Part shown: piece by piece, positions 1 to 13,151 of the stretch
Layout of the letters: each line of letters opens with the position of its first letter
Numbering within the stretch: the first letter of the stretch is position 1
Assembly: GCF_006345805.1 (NCBI RefSeq)
Contig: NW_021835994.1
Span: 137,843-201,842 of the forward strand
Direction: 5' to 3'
Source: Octopus sinensis
Taxonomy: Eukaryota
DNA length: 64,000 bases
Program-made: the position numbers and the translations under genes
Notes under the pieces: model-generated
What the model was told of the DNA's origin: nothing
Seen by the model: the letters and a program-made list of their open reading frames with translations, nothing else
The model's database searches: none

Positions 1-2122
1 ATTCTTTCTCTGCCAGGGATTTTCATTAATAAATCTAAATTTATATTAAGTACCTCATCATTAAGTGGAGCTAATATAGCTCGTTCACGCAGCCAGTCGA
101 AATTCACGTAGTGTTCAGATAGTTCGGAATAGACGGCATTCAATAATTCTTCTGCTGTTTCTACGAAAATACATAATTCTTCCGGTAGCCTAATTTTCTG
201 GTCGTGCATTTCTGAAGTGATTGCCCCATTTCCAATATCTAGAAGGATTTGTGGGAATATGCTATTAACGCCTTGTAAATGTGCATGTACATTTACATCT
301 AAGCTTACCTTTTTCACGTGTGTCCACAAATATGACGATTTGAGGCAGGCATTCAATTCATCCGCAGGCGTCCCTCTTTGAATAATTGGCAGCGTCTGTC
401 TAAAATCACCTGCCAATACAACTAATGCTCCCCCAAACAAATGGTCGCTACAATTCTTGATATCTCTATATGTTCGGTCAACTGCTTGAATGCGCCTTTA
501 TGAGCCATCGTACATTCATCCCAAACAATTAACCTAGAATGCATAATTCTATTACCCGTAGTTGAGTCTAACAGCAGTCCTGACCTTGTTCAGCTGTTGT
601 CTAAGTTCCCTCACCATTTAAGCACATCTTCCCTCGTTTCTCTTTTTTTGTTATATGGTTCATATTCTCTTGTTTGTTAACATTCTCAGATCTCTATTTA
701 TAGGACATTCTTATGATTTTGTAAACGCGAATCAGTAATTTATATTAAATTTTCTACGTAAATTTATTTAGTGAAATTTATGTAAAGTGTATTATCCAAT
801 CAAAGCCATTATACTTAATTGCCTCTATGTTTAAAGGAATTGAAACTTTAGCATAATCGAACTTGTCTGTTTCGGTAAAGAAAATGATAATCAGCTTCAT
901 CTTTGTAGTATTATAAGGAAAAAAATTAAAGCCTGTTAAATCAAGGAGATTTAAATATAGGCAAATTGAAATTTACATGACTAATTTAAATTTTATTTGC
1001 CTCTATCTTTTAAGAAATCTAAACAGTAGCATAATCGAATTTGTCAGTTTCGGCAGTTAAAAAGAATCAATTATGTAAATCTCTAATAATTTTTGCTTTT
1101 TCCTTTTTAGTGGTTTTCAAAATCTGATAATTGCACAGTCTATTCATGGTCGATAACAATTAGAGCTTTTATTTTATTTTTTTAACGAAAATTTAACAAA
1201 AAAGAATTTATGTCATCGAAAAAAGATAGCTAAGCTAATTAATGGCCTCACGAGGCTTGAAGGTTGTGGAGGACCTCATCATGTGAGTCGAGGACTTTCT
1301 TGTCGTTCATTTTAACAAAAACGCAGAAAATATTTTTTTTTAATTTTTGGGCTTGAAGGTTTTGGGGGACCACATCATGTGAGTCGAGGACTTTCTTGTT
1401 GTTCATTTAACAAAAACGCAGAAAATAATTTTTTTTAAATTTTTTGGCTTGAAGGTTTTGAGGGACCACATCATGTGAGTCGAGGACTTTCTTGTTGTTC
1501 ATTTTAACAAAAACGCAGAAAATAATTTTTTTTAATTTTTTGGCTTGAAGGTTTTGAGGGACCACATCATGTGAGTCGAGGACTTTCTTGTTGTTCATTT
1601 TAACAAAAACGCAGAAAATAATTTTTTTAATTTTTTGGCTTGAAGGTTTTGGGGGACCACATCATGTGAGTCGAGGACTTTCTTGTTGTTCATTTTAACA
1701 AAAACGCAGAAAATAATTTTTTTTAATTTTTTGGCTTGAAGGTTTTGGTGGACCACATCATGTGAGTCGAGGACTTTCTTGTTGTTCATTTTAACAAAAA
1801 CGCAGAAAATAATTTTTTTAATTTTTTAGCTTGAAGGTTTTGGGGGACCACATCATGTGAGTCGAGGACTTTCTTGTTGTTCATTTTAACAAAAACGCAG
1901 AAAATTGACTTGAAGGTTTTGGGGGACCTCATCATCGAGGATATTCTTTCTTATTAAAATTTTTTGACAGGAAGGTTCTTAGAGGATATCAACCTTTTAT
2001 TGTGCCTCATTATCGAATAACTACAAAAGGGAAGGTTTTGACAATTTGATCTGGTTTGTAACAATTTGAATGTGGGTGTGCACAGACAGACAGACACACA
2101 CCATACCATTTTATTATTAAGA
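1..2122 (-). mobile_element. Internally deleted Helitron (subfamily B), runs off the window start
   Basis: 5' terminus A|TCTTAATAATAAAA at 2122, followed (on minus) by a CTGT-type microsatellite and a 96-bp satellite. 1-567 is near-identical to the helicase region 23265-23829 and 616-1060 to 28204-28680. One 40-bp remnant of the 69-bp coding repeat remains at 576-615. Confidence 0.9.
1262..1925. repeat. 96-bp tandem satellite, type B (~7 units)
   Basis: Unit gtgagtcgaggactttcttgttgttcattttaacaaaaacgcagaaaataat(T)naat(T)nggcttgaaggttttgggggaccacatcat; it shows as spurious 32-aa repeats in the ORF track. Confidence 0.95.
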
Positions 2123-2329
2123 TTTCATTATTCAAAAAATATTTCCCTGTTAACGGATTTCTTTTTTCCACAGGGAATTTTTTTTATTATACTGCTGGGA
2201 ACAAAATATTTATGGCAGAAAAACAGCAATTCGAAATTTTTGAATATATGTCGATTTATTATTTATACATTGATTATTTATATGTCGATTTATTATTGAA
2301 ATTTTTGAAGAATTAATCACAATTATGGA

Positions 2330-2945
2330 AATTTCCCTTATGACAAATTCCTCCTTGCATCGTTTATTCAGGGAAGGATCAACAAATGGCGAGGTTGTTT
2401 GCCCGTCCGAATGGGACTGCTGACTAGAAGAGACTTTCTTTTCGGAAACTTTTGTGCCCAAATATGCCAATTTTTTAAAAGCAGTAATGGAGGCTCTTCC
2501 ACTGAACTTGGAAGCAAACTCATCAAGAATAATAGACGTTTGAACCGACTCTTCACTGACTCCAAAACTGCATGCGCCCATTGTGATTGATCACTCTTCT
2601 TGATAGAAGAGAGAAGACCTCGGAGAGAATGGATCCTCTGGCTTACATGACGCATTGCTCCACCAACTGTATCGACCGAGTCCTCAACCGTTTGTAAAGG
2701 GTTATGATCTGATATTTCGTGAAATTGCCCACTGTTTTCTATCTTCAATATTAATAGAGGAAATAATAGCTTTAAGAGCATTTATTTTCGTGTTCGTTTC
2801 CAGACAGGGGGATCTTGAATTTTCAATAACAGAACGAGTCTGGACATCCTTCTTGGCCGTTCTTTTTAAAGGTTTCATGTTATTTTCGGCTCTGCTGTCC
2901 AAATGTTCAGTACCAGAAGAATCAAGCACAACCATCCATAACAAA
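2330..2945 (-). pseudogene. Unidentified coding-like island, fragmented over three overlapping minus-strand ORFs
   Basis: Higher GC than the flanks, with chained ORFs 2702-2944, 2368-2781 and 2210-2581; no motif recognised. Confidence 0.3.
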
Positions 2946-3117
2946 CACGTGCGTTATATCTTAATAATAAAATGGTATGGTGTGTGTCTGTCTGTGTGTG
3001 CACACCAACTTCAAATTGGCAAAGTACAGATAAATTGTCAAAATCTTTCCCCCTTATAATTAGCCAATAATGGGGAACAAGCTTAAAATCATGAACTCCT
3101 CCAAGAATCTTCCACCC

Positions 3118-3650
3118 TACGATGTCCTCGACTTACATGATGAGGTATTTAAAACCTTCCCCCCAAAAAAAATTAAAAAAAATTTTCTGCATTTTGGTTA
3201 AAATGAACAACTACGATGTCCTCGACTTACATGATGAGGTCCTTAAAACCTTCCCCCCAAAAAAAATTAAAAAAAAATTTTCTGCATTTTGGTTAAAATG
3301 AACAACTACGATGTCCTCGACTTACATGATGAGGTCCTTAAAACCTTCCCCCCAAAAAAAATTAAAAAAAAATTTTCTGCATTCTGGTCAAAATGAACAA
3401 ATACGATGTCCTCGACTTACATGATGAGGTCCTTAAAACCTTCCCCCCCAAAAAAATTAAAAAAAATTTTCTGCATTTTGGTTAAAATGAACAACTACGA
3501 TGTCCTCGACTTACATGATGAGGTCCTTAAAACCTTCCCGCAAAAAATCAAAAAATTATTTTCTGTATTTGATTAAAATAAACAACGTTAATGTCCTCGA
3601 CATTCATGATGAAGTCCATTAAAACCTTCGAGGCAAAAATCTCACGTATT
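3118..3650. repeat. ~96-bp tandem satellite, type A (5-6 units)
   Basis: Unit tacgatgtcctcgacttacatgatgaggtccttaaaaccttcccccc(A)nttaaa(A)nttttctgcattttggttaaaatgaacaac; the last unit is degenerate. Confidence 0.93.
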
Positions 3651-4770
3651 AATAATATCCTTGATGAAAACGACAGCGAGAATATTAACAATTATGAACT
3701 CCCAATTATTTGCGATAAAGAAATTCAATTCATCCTATGATTTTCTCTTTAAAATTAAATGCATATATCATTATCGACCATGAATCAAAATTAAAGCTAT
3801 TATCATATTTGACTTGGACAGAATGTGCAATTACAGATTGCACGACTTTGAATAGAGTGTGCAATTAACAGATTTTGAAAAACACTTTGATAGTTGAAAC
3901 CACATTAGCACAATCATTAACACAATTTACCACCAATTGACAGCGCAATCAGAAGAATTTGCGTAAAAATATTAACTATTTAGTTAAGTTTTTCGTAAAG
4001 ATAGAATTTATTTTCGTTATGCCTCTTTTCCTAAACTTTTTTATTACTCAAAAATAATTTTTTCAATCCGAGGTGCAGCCATGACACTTAATTAGCTGAT
4101 TTAATTATTCTTAATATTTTTTAAATTTCAGTTAAACTATTTTTTCAATAGATAACCGAAGGAGGGAAGATGACCTTAAGAAAAGAAGTTTTTCGTAAAG
4201 ATAGAATTTATTTTTTGTATGCCTCTTTTTTCCTAATATTTTTTATTATTCAAAAATAATTTTTTAAATTGGCAAAGTACAGATAAATTGTCAAAATCTT
4301 TCCCCCTTATAATTAGCCAATAATGGGGAACAAGCTTAAAATCATGAACTCCTCCAAGAATCTTCCACCCTACGATGTCCTCGACTTTTTTTTTTTATTT
4401 TTTAAATAGATAACCGAAGGAGGAAAAACGAAGCTGAAGAAAAAACGGTCAGCTTAAGGTAATTAATTAAATCTTTTTTGTGTGTCGCTTTTTTGGCTGC
4501 TGCTACTCTGCCTGCCGCATCTCCGCCTGCCCCATTTCCGCCAGTGGTTTGTCTAATCAAGGTCACTAAGCTAAATCTCCGGACTATAAAGGCTCTTAAG
4601 CATTATCTTAATTGGCTGTTAAAAAAATTAGACAGGTTGTTGCCGTGGCGGCAGAGATTTTTTTGTTTATACTATTTTACAAACTTTTAAAGTTTTTTTT
4701 TATTTTTGTGTTTTTAAATTATTTATTTTTATTTGTTTTTTTATTTTTTTGTTATTTTCTAAAATTTAAC

Positions 4771-5238
4771 CGGATTGAATTTTTAAACTCCTTAGATCCC
4801 TCTGGAATGCCGAATCATCTTTTAAAGTTAAAGATAGGCGTTCCAGTGGTTTTATTACGAAATCTTGCGCCACCTAAATTATGCAACGGAACGAGGTTAG
4901 TTATCAAAAATTTGATGGCTAACGTAATAGAGGCGACGATATTGACAGGTAAGTATAGAGGTGAGGATGTTTATATTCCACGAATTCCGATAATTTCTGA
5001 TGAATTACCATTTAGATTTAAAAGGCTGCAATTTCCTTTGAGGATGAGTTTTGCAATCACAATAAACAAGGCCCAGGGACAGTCATTAAAGGTAGTTGGG
5101 TTATTTTTAGAATGTGAGTGCTTTTCACATGGACAGCTGTATGTGGGATGCTCGAGGGTAGGCAGAAGAGAAAATTTATTCATATATGCCAAGGAAGGAC
5201 GGACGACAAACATCGTTTATCAACAGGCAATAGAATAG
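4771..5238 (+). pseudogene. PIF1-family Helitron helicase C-terminal fragment
   Basis: [46 protein letters not shown] and [13 protein letters not shown] (helicase motifs IV-VI). The N-terminal third of the listed ORF is low-complexity non-coding DNA. Confidence 0.92.
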
Positions 5239-5559
5239 GGTTACATTAAACCAGGTAGTTTTATACATCTACATAAACTTATAGTTGTTTGATGAAACAT
5301 GCCCTCCGCAGGAGCTAGGTCGCGGTGAGCGAAGCGAGCTGCCGAGCTAGTTTATGATAAAATTATAATTAATTATCTTTAATAAATCAATCAAAGAAAT
5401 TGATATTGCATAAATGAATTGCTGATTTTTAAATATGTAATACGGTTTCAAAGCCAGTTAAGAAGATATGTGTTAAAAATCCAGTCAAGACTACTAAAGG
5501 GGGGGTCAAAACTAATTATTTATCAATTGAACTTATTAATGCGTCCTCTCACTCGATTC

Positions 5560-5940
5560 TCCTCCTCTTTGAGCTAAAGCCAATATCTTCGATGGGCACG
5601 CTCTTCCATCTTACAGGGTTGGCCTCTTCTGTGGTCGTTCTCAAGTTCGACTCAATGGCCTCATTTGGCAAAGCCTCTTTCGTTGTTCCATTTCATATTT
5701 GTGAAGCTTTTCCACTTCTACTTGCTTCAATTTTTTGAGAGGTGATTCCAATCTCTATAAGTGTGATTGTGTTCCTCATTTTGTCGAGTACAAGGATATC
5801 CGGCTTGTTATTCTCAACCTTCGTATCCGTATTAATTGTCGTGTCGACACGAATGTCCACAGAGTTATTTGCAACCACTGATTGAACAAAGAGACTTACC
5901 AATAATGTGTTTCTATTAATTGAGAGTGGTACTAGGCTGA
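5560..5940 (-). mobile_element. 3' fragment of an RLE-type (R4/R2-group) non-LTR retrotransposon
   Basis: VENNKPDILVLDK...TLIEIGITS, a PD-(D/E)xK-type restriction-like endonuclease core; homologous to 36366-36620. Confidence 0.75.
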
Positions 5941-6049
5941 GAACGATATTAAAAAACCGAAAATTCAAATCTACTTTTTCTTCGGATTTCAAATTATGAA
6001 GGAATCTAAAATTTATATGATTGTTGGATAAATGATCAAATCAGTTATC

Positions 6050-7230
6050 AAAGAACCAATCTGTTTATAAACACAATTATTTATTGAAAAATCGAATAAA
6101 GTTCTTTTAACAGTGTTTATTGTAAATCATCCGAGATGTGTTTCAAATTTTTTACAGTAGCGTTTGTTGTATTTGAAAAAAGCAATTCGGACAAGAACTT
6201 GATTTAATGACAATTTAAATTGACAATTTTTTCGCATCAATTTGATCATATAATTGATAATTTCTATTCTGTGGATTAGCATCAATATCTTGCCATAATA
6301 GAACATTATCCCCCACCTTAATCCACATCATAACACGCGATAAACAACCTTAATGCCGTTTTGGTCCAATTTCAGTTTGTTTTTCATTTTTCTCCTGCTT
6401 TCGTTAGGTTCTCGTATGTTGATAACAAATTTTTTGTAATATTTTAATCATCGATAAATTCATTTTCAACAAATTGAATTTCTGCATCAACATCTTCTCC
6501 ATTAAATGCGCAGAGAGCTTCTATTTCTTCATCACTTGGTGCATAAATGCCTTTTACTCCCATCAAGATATTGAAAGGAATATGCTTTGTTGTTGCATGT
6601 CGTGAACGATTATAGTCGTAATCAATTCCTTTGATAATATCTTTATTGACGCCAAAATTTCTATTAGAACTACTTGTAGGTGAAATCCACCTTTTGATAG
6701 ATTGATTAAATCTAAAAAGTTTGATAATTTATTTACTGTAGTTTACCTTTCAACCTGGCAATGAATCTGAGATGCTCTGGGCCTTACACAAACATGTTTT
6801 ACTTTCATTTTTAGCAAATTTTATTTACAAGGGAATTCTTAAATTCCTTCCCGTTATCTGTTTTTAGAATAACTGGGAGGCCAATTGTGTAATAAATATT
6901 TTGTAATAAAGAAGAAATCTCAACAGCAAATTTATTTTTAACCAGCTCAACAACACCAAATTTGGAAAATGAATCAATAAGTACAAGAATTTGAATCATT
7001 CACCTCAACATATCGACGCAAATCAACAAGGTCGACAATTTCCAAAATGATTAGAATTATGCTCGGACTATTTTTAGATGATACAACCAGTACTTCAATC
7101 ATTAGTAATTTTAGTTCTGCCTCTTCAATACACAAAAATCGTAGTTTTAGGCCATTTCTTCGTATATAAACTTTTCCATCAGTTGGGTGATAATTTGAAT
7201 TTTTGAATTCATTTCCCCTTTTTCGGTATA
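6050..7230 (-). mobile_element. Degenerate Ginger/KRBA2-like stand-alone DDE integrase
   Basis: RNGLKLRFLC...E|SEHNSNHFG (zinc-finger His pair, with a 26-nt intron at 7068-7093), LIDSFSK and LKTDNGKEF; homologous to the 18-21.5 kb element. Confidence 0.8.
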
Positions 7231-7794
7231 TTATTTTTCTTTTACGTGCATAATAAACTTCAAAATACACTCGTCTGAAAAAATGACTGATCTCCATCCT
7301 TCATCACACATACCAACGAATATTTTCGATATTTCATATCTTTTGAGTATGTTTTTTTTACTTAACAATGGTTTTTTCTTTGCTACTCTTCCAAATAAAC
7401 CATTCTTATTCAAATTGCGGGTAATTGTTCGCGGGGAAATTACTTTTTGGATGATGGTTTTCATTTCTAGAGCGAGGTCTTTAGCAGATTTTTCACTATT
7501 GGCTTCAGAAAGTTCCACTAAAATTTTGATTTCGTTTGTATTGAGTAATGTTGGTCTTCCAGACCCACTTTTTCTATAAATGGTTCCTGAGTTTATGTAT
7601 TTTCGAACAACATCGAAAACAGTCGATTTCGGAACTCCGAGGATATCAGAAATTCTACTATAAGAAAAATTTTGCTGGTAATAAAAAATAATTTGTCCTT
7701 TACAAAAAGAATCCATTAATTTTTTCTAAAATATTTAAAAAAAATTAGCTCTTTTAACTATAATAGCAAAAGTGTCCGGAATTTTACGCCACTG
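7231..7794 (-). mobile_element. Tc1-family transposon, 5' half
   Basis: TIR-like CAGTGGCGTAAAATTCCGGACACT at 7794-7771; ORF 7716-7231 has paired-like HTHs, GSGRP and VIFSDEC (first catalytic Asp). Truncated where it meets the integrase relic. Confidence 0.85.
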
Positions 7795-9139
7795 AAAACA
7801 CGTTTTATGCTTTTAAATATCGTTTTATAAAACTTTTGTAAATATATTTTTTTAAATATAAAAATATAGAAAAAATATTATGCTCAAAGGTTTTTTTTTC
7901 TAAATTTGATAATAAAAATGACGATTTATTAACTGTCCGGATTTTAATGTCGAGGGGTGTATGTGTATACGAAATCTCTCTTGTTCCACCCTCTTCTGAA
8001 TAAATTCTTTTAATCCCTTCTTGTTCCCTTTGCTCCTCGATAGTTTTGGGAGTTTAAACAACGGAGATGGATTTGCATGTCTTGACCACCTGCAAGTATT
8101 TCTATTAGAACAACCAATGGCCACGATTTTTATGAAATTATACGCCATTGTTTTTAAAGAGTTCCTTATTTAATCAAACAGTCTAATTTTTTACTGGGCG
8201 TGAGCCATTTTCTCCAGGAATATAACAATGTTGGTTATCGTTTTAACCAATACCCAAACTTTATAGCGACAATGCTTTTTTGTTAACTGCAAAAAACTTA
8301 AGATAATTGTTACCACCAACATTTTAACAATTTGAAGAATGATCACCTTCTAAATTAAAATAAACTCACTCAGTGATACTGTTTGTGTAGAATTATTGTG
8401 GATAATTGATTATTGGCTACTTCTATTGGCATGTTTACCGAAGGAGTATATGAGTCTGATACTAATAATCTCCAAATAATGCAGAAATATTTGAAATATT
8501 TAACTAACATGCGATAAGTTTGAGTTTTCGAGATTTGACAGACGATCATATAAATCATAATGGCAAGTGAGCGATTTGAATCACAATCCATTGATAACAT
8601 TTTAACTAATTCGACTAAAATTGTGGAGGGATTTGATTTTTCAGCTTTGTCCTTAATATTCACATATTTATTCGGAGATTTGCAAATTTGTATAACTTTG
8701 TCATACACTCTAATTCAGTTTTCAATATTTATATTTTATGAAGTTACATAACTGTCGACGTATCAGGAATCGTAAAATGTTTTAAGAAGATGAAATAAAA
8801 TTCACATCTGGCACTATTTTAATGAAATTATAAGCCATTTTCTAATTTACTGGCTGCGAGCCATTCTCTCTAGAATATGACCATGTTGGTTATTGTTTTA
8901 ACCAATACTATCTTAAAATGAAAATTGAACATAAAACATGGGAATTTTGCTACAATCCACATCATTTGGGGAAAATAATAAATCCAGTACAATCATTGTC
9001 CACAACAGTTGATATAATGTGAGTTACGCCCGATTTTTGAGCGCGGGAAAGCACCTGATGGATGTCCGGGGTGTGTTTTTGTTTTCCGTTGTAAATTCCA
9101 CTAAACATGGAATCTTAGTGAATTAGTAGACTATTTACC

Positions 9140-9900
9140 TGTTAAATTGGCGCCAATATTTATACCAAAACAACTTGAATTTTATAATCCGCAACTTCAA
9201 TTTTATAATTTGCAATTTAACTAATCGACAACGTATAAAAATAGTTTCAATTGAATTGAGAATAGGAGTATATGTCGCCAATCGAAGAATTCGATGCATT
9301 GTGGTCTTCTTCACCAAGGATTTCTTCCAATCCTGAATGCCATTATCAATTATAACTACGGCCTCGGAGTTGTTTATTTTATAAGCTTTGCGAAGACAGT
9401 TTCCGACAAACTCTTTTGCACCATCAGACTTAAAAGAGACTCATTGTATTTCATAATGGATAAGCCCATGCACTGAAATAGCTCCAATTACATGGATATT
9501 TGGACCTTTTGAAGTCGCTGAATTGACGATGCACGTGATCCAACTTTTGACCAACCTTTTGAATAATTAATTATTTTGAACGACGAATATGCAAGCTGAA
9601 ATTTCTTTTATCAGCAAACAATATTGTTTGCAACTCTCCTTGATATTCAAGAAGTTTTCTCCCAAATTCAGCTCTTTGTAATTTAATCTCTGGACAATTG
9701 ACTCTCTAAACTTCCATTCGACAGTCTCACTTTGTAAAGCATACTGTGTATATGTTAACGTATGTTTTCGGTTGACAAATGTAAACCGTAAAGTTCTAAT
9801 AATTTTTCAGACAATTCATTCATTGAGAGCATTATATTCAATTCAATGCATACAATCATGAAATCTTGATGTATGACCTTTTGATGTCTTTCTCCATCTC
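9140..9900 (-). pseudogene. Degenerate IS630/Tc1-like (DDE_3) transposase
   Basis: Hand translation across stops and frameshifts gives ILFAD..NFSL, GPNIHVIGAIS..GL, VVIIDN and LATYTPILNSIE. Confidence 0.65.
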
Positions 9901-10064
9901 TTCCCGTACTTGTCGTATAAATCACGTTTATTGGGGTTGATTAGGGTTTCGTAGGAGTTGAAATTTTTTGGAACTATTTTGAGTGGTTATATGGGAGGTT
10001 TTATACTTTTTCACAGCTTTCTGGGTTTTTGTCGTGGTGATATCCAATTCAAATCTAACCAGTC

Positions 10065-10661
10065 TTAATCAACACAAAAAGTAGTCAATTTGATTATATA
10101 TTTTGATTTCATGTCTTTCCGACTCCGACATTCTCCCATCAAGGTCGTGATATGCCATGCAACGTGCCGAAATTCCGTGTTGCAAGTGAATGCTGGCCAT
10201 GGTTGTTGCAGACATGTTCCTCCGTCCTCTCCCGTGGGTACCCATGAAGTTTGATCCTCAGGCTTCTTTTCCAACCTTCGCATTCAAATCTATCTAAAAT
10301 AAATAGGGATATTTCCATAAGAGTTTTAAATAGTGAACTGTAAGAGTAATCCAGTTTCCTTGGGTTTTTAGACGCTTTTTGAGATTTAGGTATATATAAA
10401 TGTATGATTGTGGAGTTAGATCCAATATCTGTAATTCATTTTCAAGATTCTTTTGATATATTACCATAGTCTGATATCCACGGGGGAGCAACATGAAGTC
10501 ATGGTAAGCATATTGTTCGTAAAGTCCTTCTTTGACTTTGCAGGGAGCAGATAGTCATCCTGGAAAAGTGACCGCCTTTTCACCGACGACTTTAATCCTT
10601 TAACGTTCAGATACCCAACGTAAACAGAGAGTTTGAAAAGAGTAAACAAGACATTTTGCAA
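10065..10661 (-). pseudogene. Degenerate AP-endonuclease fragment of an RTE-like LINE
   Basis: VGYLNVKGL and DLNAKVGKE..MGTHGRGRRN motifs; a second copy lies at ~51240-51840. Confidence 0.6.
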
Positions 10662-10807
10662 ATTTGAGATCCGTTATTAACCTCAATCAAAAACCGTCGG
10701 TTATTTCATCTTTTCATAATTAAGTATAAAAATTAACAGCAGGCAAATATTAGTTCATTAAATTAATTTTTAATAATAGTTGTAAATTAATAATTACGAA
10801 TACTCGA

Positions 10808-11932
10808 ATGAAAGTACTCATTACTGGTGCCAACAGGTAGTGTCTCTGCTCTACTGTAGTGGAATCGGCTACTCCACTGCCAAACTGTTGGTGGAGAGTG
10901 ATCCCTCCCTCCATCTCTTCATTGCCTGTAGAAATGTACAGAAAGGCATGGAAGCCGTCACTTCTCTCGGACAACACAGCCAAACATGCCAAATAAGTCT
11001 CGTCCTCATAGACATGGCCTCCCGACAGTCTATTTCCAGGGCTGTGGAGAATATTAAAGCACAGTACTCATTCCCCACACCCCAGAACAGACCACCTCGA
11101 CGTCCTTATATGCAATGCAGGAACCATGGGCACTTGTCACGTAGTCTGGAGTTATTTCATAAAAAACTTATTTTCCACGTATTTTGCCTAATAATGCCCA
11201 GAAATGTGTTTGATATGTTTTCGACGGGCAAAGGACTGCTTTGCCAACAAGACAGGTCCACGGAGGATGGATTGAAGGAGATCTTCGCCACCAACGTTTT
11301 TGGTCACTTCCAACTGTTTCTCCAACTCCTGCCAATCCTGGGAGGGCAGGACGGTCGGACTCGAATTATTTGGACTTCTTCCTCCAACGCCAGCAAAAAG
11401 GAGTTTTCCTTCCAAGATTTACAGTTTGAAAACACGTATTGACAGTCTGACTAGCAGGCAGTAGGGAACCCTATTCGGCCTCCAAATATGCAGTGGATTT
11501 GCTCAGTGCTGCCATCAACTTCCGTTTTGGGAGATCACATGTACTTGGAGGGTGTCAGTCGTAGAATATATTCTCAGTTGTGGGCAATCCGGGGATGGTT
11601 GTGACTGGAATGACTTTGGGGATTATGCCTTCCTCGTTTTGGTCTGTTTGTACTCCGTTTTTGTGCCTAATGAGGTTTTTTGTGCCAGAAATGACCATCT
11701 CGCCTGAATATGCGGCCGAGTTACTTCACTTCTTGGCCTGTGATGGGTCACTGGACGAAGAGGACTGGACAAGCAAGTACCACTGTGCCACGACTGTGTT
11801 TGGATATGTCACGTTTCGTAGAGAGAGAGTATTGGCTGGGTTTATGGGCTGTAGTGTGAGGATTTAGCAAGGAAGGAGGAGAGTTTGAAATATATTGAAA
11901 TTCTTGATGAATTATTGGATAGTTTGGGATGA
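10808..11932 (+). CDS. HSD17B7: 3-keto-steroid reductase (HSD17B7/ERG27-like SDR), 6 introns of 22-26 nt
   Basis: Introns 10837-10859, 11064-11085, 11179-11201, 11436-11461, 11541-11564 and 11829-11854 (all GT..AG; the fourth acceptor is least certain). Splicing gives TGANSGIG, HLDVLICNAG, TNVFGHF, IIWTSS, EPYSASKY (YxxxK) and GNPGMV. Confidence 0.9.
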
Positions 11933-12018
11933 TTTGATTTTTATTTATTTTATTAGTTTTAATTATTTTGGAATAAATATTTAATTGTTTTTGTTGTTTG
12001 TGTAATTTGTCCAACCAA

Positions 12019-12982
12019 ATGCATCGAACTTTACATTTACGACGCCCAGAGAACGAACAGGCCGGAATAATCGACGTCTGGCAGTACAACGTCGACCGAG
12101 AGTTTCTACAAATCCAGGAAATAGCCCAAAACTACCACTACATAGCAATTGTACTGCCCACCCCTACTCCCAGGACACCGAATTCCCCGGCTGCATCGAA
12201 CAAGTCGACCACCGGGTTGTCAAACACCACGGCTATCAAAACGTGGCTGCCAACCTCCGCCAACTAAACGTGATCCAAATCGGGATTTCCTTCTTCACGG
12301 AGGACGGACAGTGCCCTCCGGGATTCCACACGTGGCAATTCAACCTCAAATTCAATCTCAAGTTTTCCCGCCTTTCCATCATAGACGGGAAAAATTCAAC
12401 GAGTCCTCAATTCGACTTTTACAGAGCGCGGGCCTCAATTTCGAGGACCACGAGAAGTACGGAATCGACCACGACACTTTGGGGTGCCTGTTCTACACGT
12501 CGGGACTGATCCTCGACCCCCGCAAGGTCTTTATTGGCTTCCACTGGTTTGTTGAGTTGTTTTGATGTGTTCAGTGCCTTTGATTTTGCCTATCTTGTCA
12601 AGGTTCTCAAGTCTGGGTTGGTTCCGTCTTCGGAAACGCGTTTTTTTACTTATTTGAGAAAGTTTTTTCCGCGGATTTATGACTTGAAGTACATGATGAA
12701 GTCATGCAGGTCATTGCGTGGGGGACTTCAGGATATTTGCACGTTTTTTGATGTTTGTTGTTGGGGGATGGTTTTGTAGATCAGACGACTGGGGATGCAG
12801 CATCAGGCGGGGAGTGACAGTTGGGTGACGGGGATGTGCTTTTTTCGAATGAGAGATGTTTTGGTTTCTCTCTAGTTTAGCTGTTTTTTGCTCCTCATTT
12901 GAACGAACGACAGTATTGCAATATGCTCTTCTTTTTGGGAGGGGAAGCGATGCAGGAGATCACTGATGAGTCTTGTGTTTGA
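12019..12982 (+). CDS. CNOT7: CAF1/POP2 deadenylase (CCR4-NOT subunit 7/8), 5 introns of 23-28 nt
   Basis: Introns 12151-12173, 12362-12384, 12547-12574, 12753-12779 and 12858-12880. The spliced product has IAI-DTEFPG, IQIG, TWQFN, FHCAFDFAYL and HQAGSDS (complete DEDDh set). Confidence 0.93.
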
Positions 12983-13151
12983 ATTGAATTATCTTCTCTT
13001 TGTTTTATTTATTAAAAAAGTGATTTTTGTGAACGTTGGGTTGAATTGTGCTCATTTTTCGTTCCTTATTGCTATTTTCTTCACGTTTTCTTTTGATACT
13101 GGATTCCATTGGACTCGACAGGTTCGACGGAAAATGTCCAATGCATTATAA

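Larger units (their letters stand above)
2959..5350 (+). mobile_element. Non-autonomous Helitron (subfamily A), 2.39 kb, both termini present
   Basis: A|TCTTAATAATAAAATGG at 2959 and GCGAGCTGCCGAGCTAG|T at 5350, with a GC-rich subterminal region (5305-5350). Inserted at A^T with no TSD. Contains the type A satellite, an internal re-copy of 3016-3135 at 4269-4387, and the helicase C-terminus. Confidence 0.92.

Noticed and set aside
1407-1789. ORFs MNNKKVLDSHDV... and MNNYDVLDLHDE... as repeat proteins
   Set aside because: They are translations of 96-bp satellites; frames break at homopolymer length changes.
4612-4770. Hydrophobic N-terminus fused to the helicase fragment as a membrane-anchored protein
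   Set aside because: It is a T-rich low-complexity stretch that is open by chance in a deletion derivative.
7900-8148. VAIGCSN as a THAP zinc finger
   Set aside because: The required first Cys and the downstream Trp/Cys/His pattern are absent.
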